The notes beneath the pieces were generated by a model. It was not told the DNA's origin and searched no databases. It saw only the letters and a program-made list of their open reading frames with translations. Position numbers and translations under genes: made by a program. A DNA stretch of 64,000 nucleotides from Mobula hypostoma (taxonomy: Eukaryota): contig NC_086097.1 of assembly GCF_963921235.1 (NCBI RefSeq), forward strand, positions 32,676,001 to 32,740,000. The letters run 5' to 3'. Positions 62,141-64,000 of this stretch are shown here, piece by piece; positions within the stretch are counted from its first letter, which is position 1, and every line of letters begins with the position of its first letter.

Positions 62141-62734
62141 CCATAAGATTTCTGTACGTTAATGCCCCACCCTAACGGTCCTGCCACTTATTGTGTAATT
62201 TTCCCTTGCATTTGACCTCAAAGTGCTATACCTCTCACTTGTCTAGAACAAACACCATCTGCTGTTTTTCCAGGTGATTGGTATCTTGCTGTATCCTTCA
62301 ATCTCCACAGTTCCACCATTTTCTTAAATGCCTCCCACTGATTGCCTGCAGACTTAACTTGAAAGTAGCTGCTCCCAGTCCAGTTCACAAGTCGGTACCC
62401 AAACAGTTCATGTTGGAGCTACGACCACAAACTAAGTTCCCAGGTGGCATAAGATGCCTAAAACTGTAGCCTCGTGTCAGCTGACAAATGCACACTGCCA
62501 GTCTTCCACATGCTCGTCTGTATATATGGGCTGTTCTTTGGGCACTTGTAAGCTGGAAAGGACTTGCAGGACTATTCATACACTTTATCAAAATGGTATT
62601 GTGGGCAAACTAAAAAATTCTGCCCACTTAAAGCCTGTTTATATATGGGAAGTTGGAATCCCTATTGTTACCCTAGTATTTTACATCCCTGCATTCTGCC
62701 AATAAATCAGTTCTGTAATGGTCAACCCAGCAGC

Positions 62735-63445
62735 ATACCATTTTCCACACTGACCTGTCTGGCCTTGGCTTTCTCCACTGCCAGAATGAGGCCCAAATGA
62801 AAGAAGAACAATACCTCATATTTCTCATGGGTGGTCTACAGCCCAAAAGCATGAACATTGAATTTTCCAATTCATTTAGTCCTTGCTTCCTGTGCTCCCC
62901 TCTTTCCTTCTGATGCATCAGTGATCCTCCTGTTTTTGTTCCTCTTCCCCACCCTGGTTCCATCCATCCTCCACCCAAAGAATCCCCTTCGCTCCTGGTT
63001 CCATTTGCCCTTTATCTGCTCCATTGGTTTCCATTATCTCGGTCCTGAACAGATTCCAATACCTGCAGCATGTGTGCCTACTTATCACCCTCCAGCCTTT
63101 ATCTCCACCTTTGCCATCCACTCCCTCCAAGTGACTCCACCTTCCTTTTTTTTTTACCTGTATGATTCCATCTATCACCCATCTGCCTCTGTCTTCTAAC
63201 TCCACCACTTCGCCCACCTTGCTACTTCCTTCCATCATTCTCCACCCCTCCTTGGTACATTATCACCTACTACTAGCTTCTATCTCACCCCTTCCCTTCC
63301 TTATCCAGTTATCTTCCCTCTCCTTTGTCTTGGCCTGAAAGCTCAGCCATTCCTTTCCCATCACAATTGCTGCTTGACCCAGTGAGTTCCTCCAGCAGTT
63401 TGTTTTTGTTCTGCTCCAGATTCCAGCATCTGCAGTGTCTTGCAT
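62735..63445 (+). mobile_element. Old Penelope-like 3' fragment
   Basis: EEQYLIFLMGGLQPKSMNIEFSN remnant, pyrimidine-rich pLTR, ends ttccagcatctgcag. Confidence 0.8.
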
Positions 63446-63937
63446 CTCCAAGTGATTGTACTCTTTTTGTTTCAGTATTCCACCTTTGTGCTCTCATTCT
63501 GAGAACTTTCCAGAATATCCTATGCAGTTATAGATTCTTTAATTAATATTACAAAACCATCTCTTGTATCCCCTATCCCAACCAAAGATTCTGTATCCTA
63601 AAATCTCAAGTTGGCTTTTTTTATTATTGCAAATTGTGTGTTATTTATTGTTACTCATTGCCTGCTTTCTAATATACTTAATGCATTTTCAAAGTTAACC
63701 ATGGCCACCTTGGCCCTCATATCTAGTTTCATTCATTTAAATTTAAATTCAGATTGAACTATTTCGCTTTACAGCTAAATGTAAGATTATAATCTATGGT
63801 GATGCTGAGAAGCGTGTTGTCTTTTCCTGGGAGGTTTGGTTTTTCATTGGAAGAATGTGTGTAACTTTTTACATTTGCAACATCCTTCAGAACTGCTGGG
63901 TGAATGGTGGTGTACTGACCTGCTTTTTGTTTTCCAG

Positions 63938-64000
63938 GTGGTAGCTCATGGTTTTGACCAGGTTGATGAGTCATTGTCGATGCAGTATCATGAAACAATA
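63938..64000 (+). CDS. GSKIP: GSKIP next coding exon (truncated by window edge)
   Basis: VVAHGFDQVDESLSMQYHETI vs human [21 protein letters not shown]; branch point tactgac 63913-63919, polypyrimidine tract, tttccag. Confidence 0.95.
   Translation, partial: MVAHGFDQVDESLSMQYHETI

Noticed and set aside
1..64000. Prokaryotic-type systems (CRISPR, retron, defence operons) suggested by the many RT ORFs
   Set aside because: All RT, nuclease and transposase ORFs belong to eukaryotic TE clades within spliceosomal introns.

Overview
Eukaryotic, AT-rich vertebrate DNA. The repeat families (CR1/HER1-like LINEs, V-domain SINEs, Penelope, Rex1/Babar) suggest a cartilaginous fish, probably a ray (inference). 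The window holds a head-to-head gene pair: ATG2B coding exons 1-8 on the minus strand (ATG at 53373, running off the left edge) and GSKIP on the plus strand (coding exon 57048-57311, next exon from 63938). They share a CpG-island bidirectional promoter at about 54000-54960. All exon borders were read by hand, are GT-AG and are phase-consistent. The introns are packed with nested transposons: CR1 and Rex1/Babar LINEs, a full-length Tc1 with an open DD34E ORF, a Tc1 derivative with two 3' ends, a decayed Gypsy provirus, Penelope elements carrying minimal hammerhead ribozymes, tRNA-SINEs, 80-bp hAT MITEs and a Tigger-like element. The most interesting points are: Penelope hammerheads and fold-back hairpins in the ATG2B pre-mRNA; inverted young CR1 copies around a frame-symmetric 723-nt exon block (candidate stop-free circRNA); an L-to-N change in the GSKIP PKA-binding helix; and SINE tail swapping. 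No prokaryotic-type system is supported. Repeat family names come from recalled motifs, not database searches.
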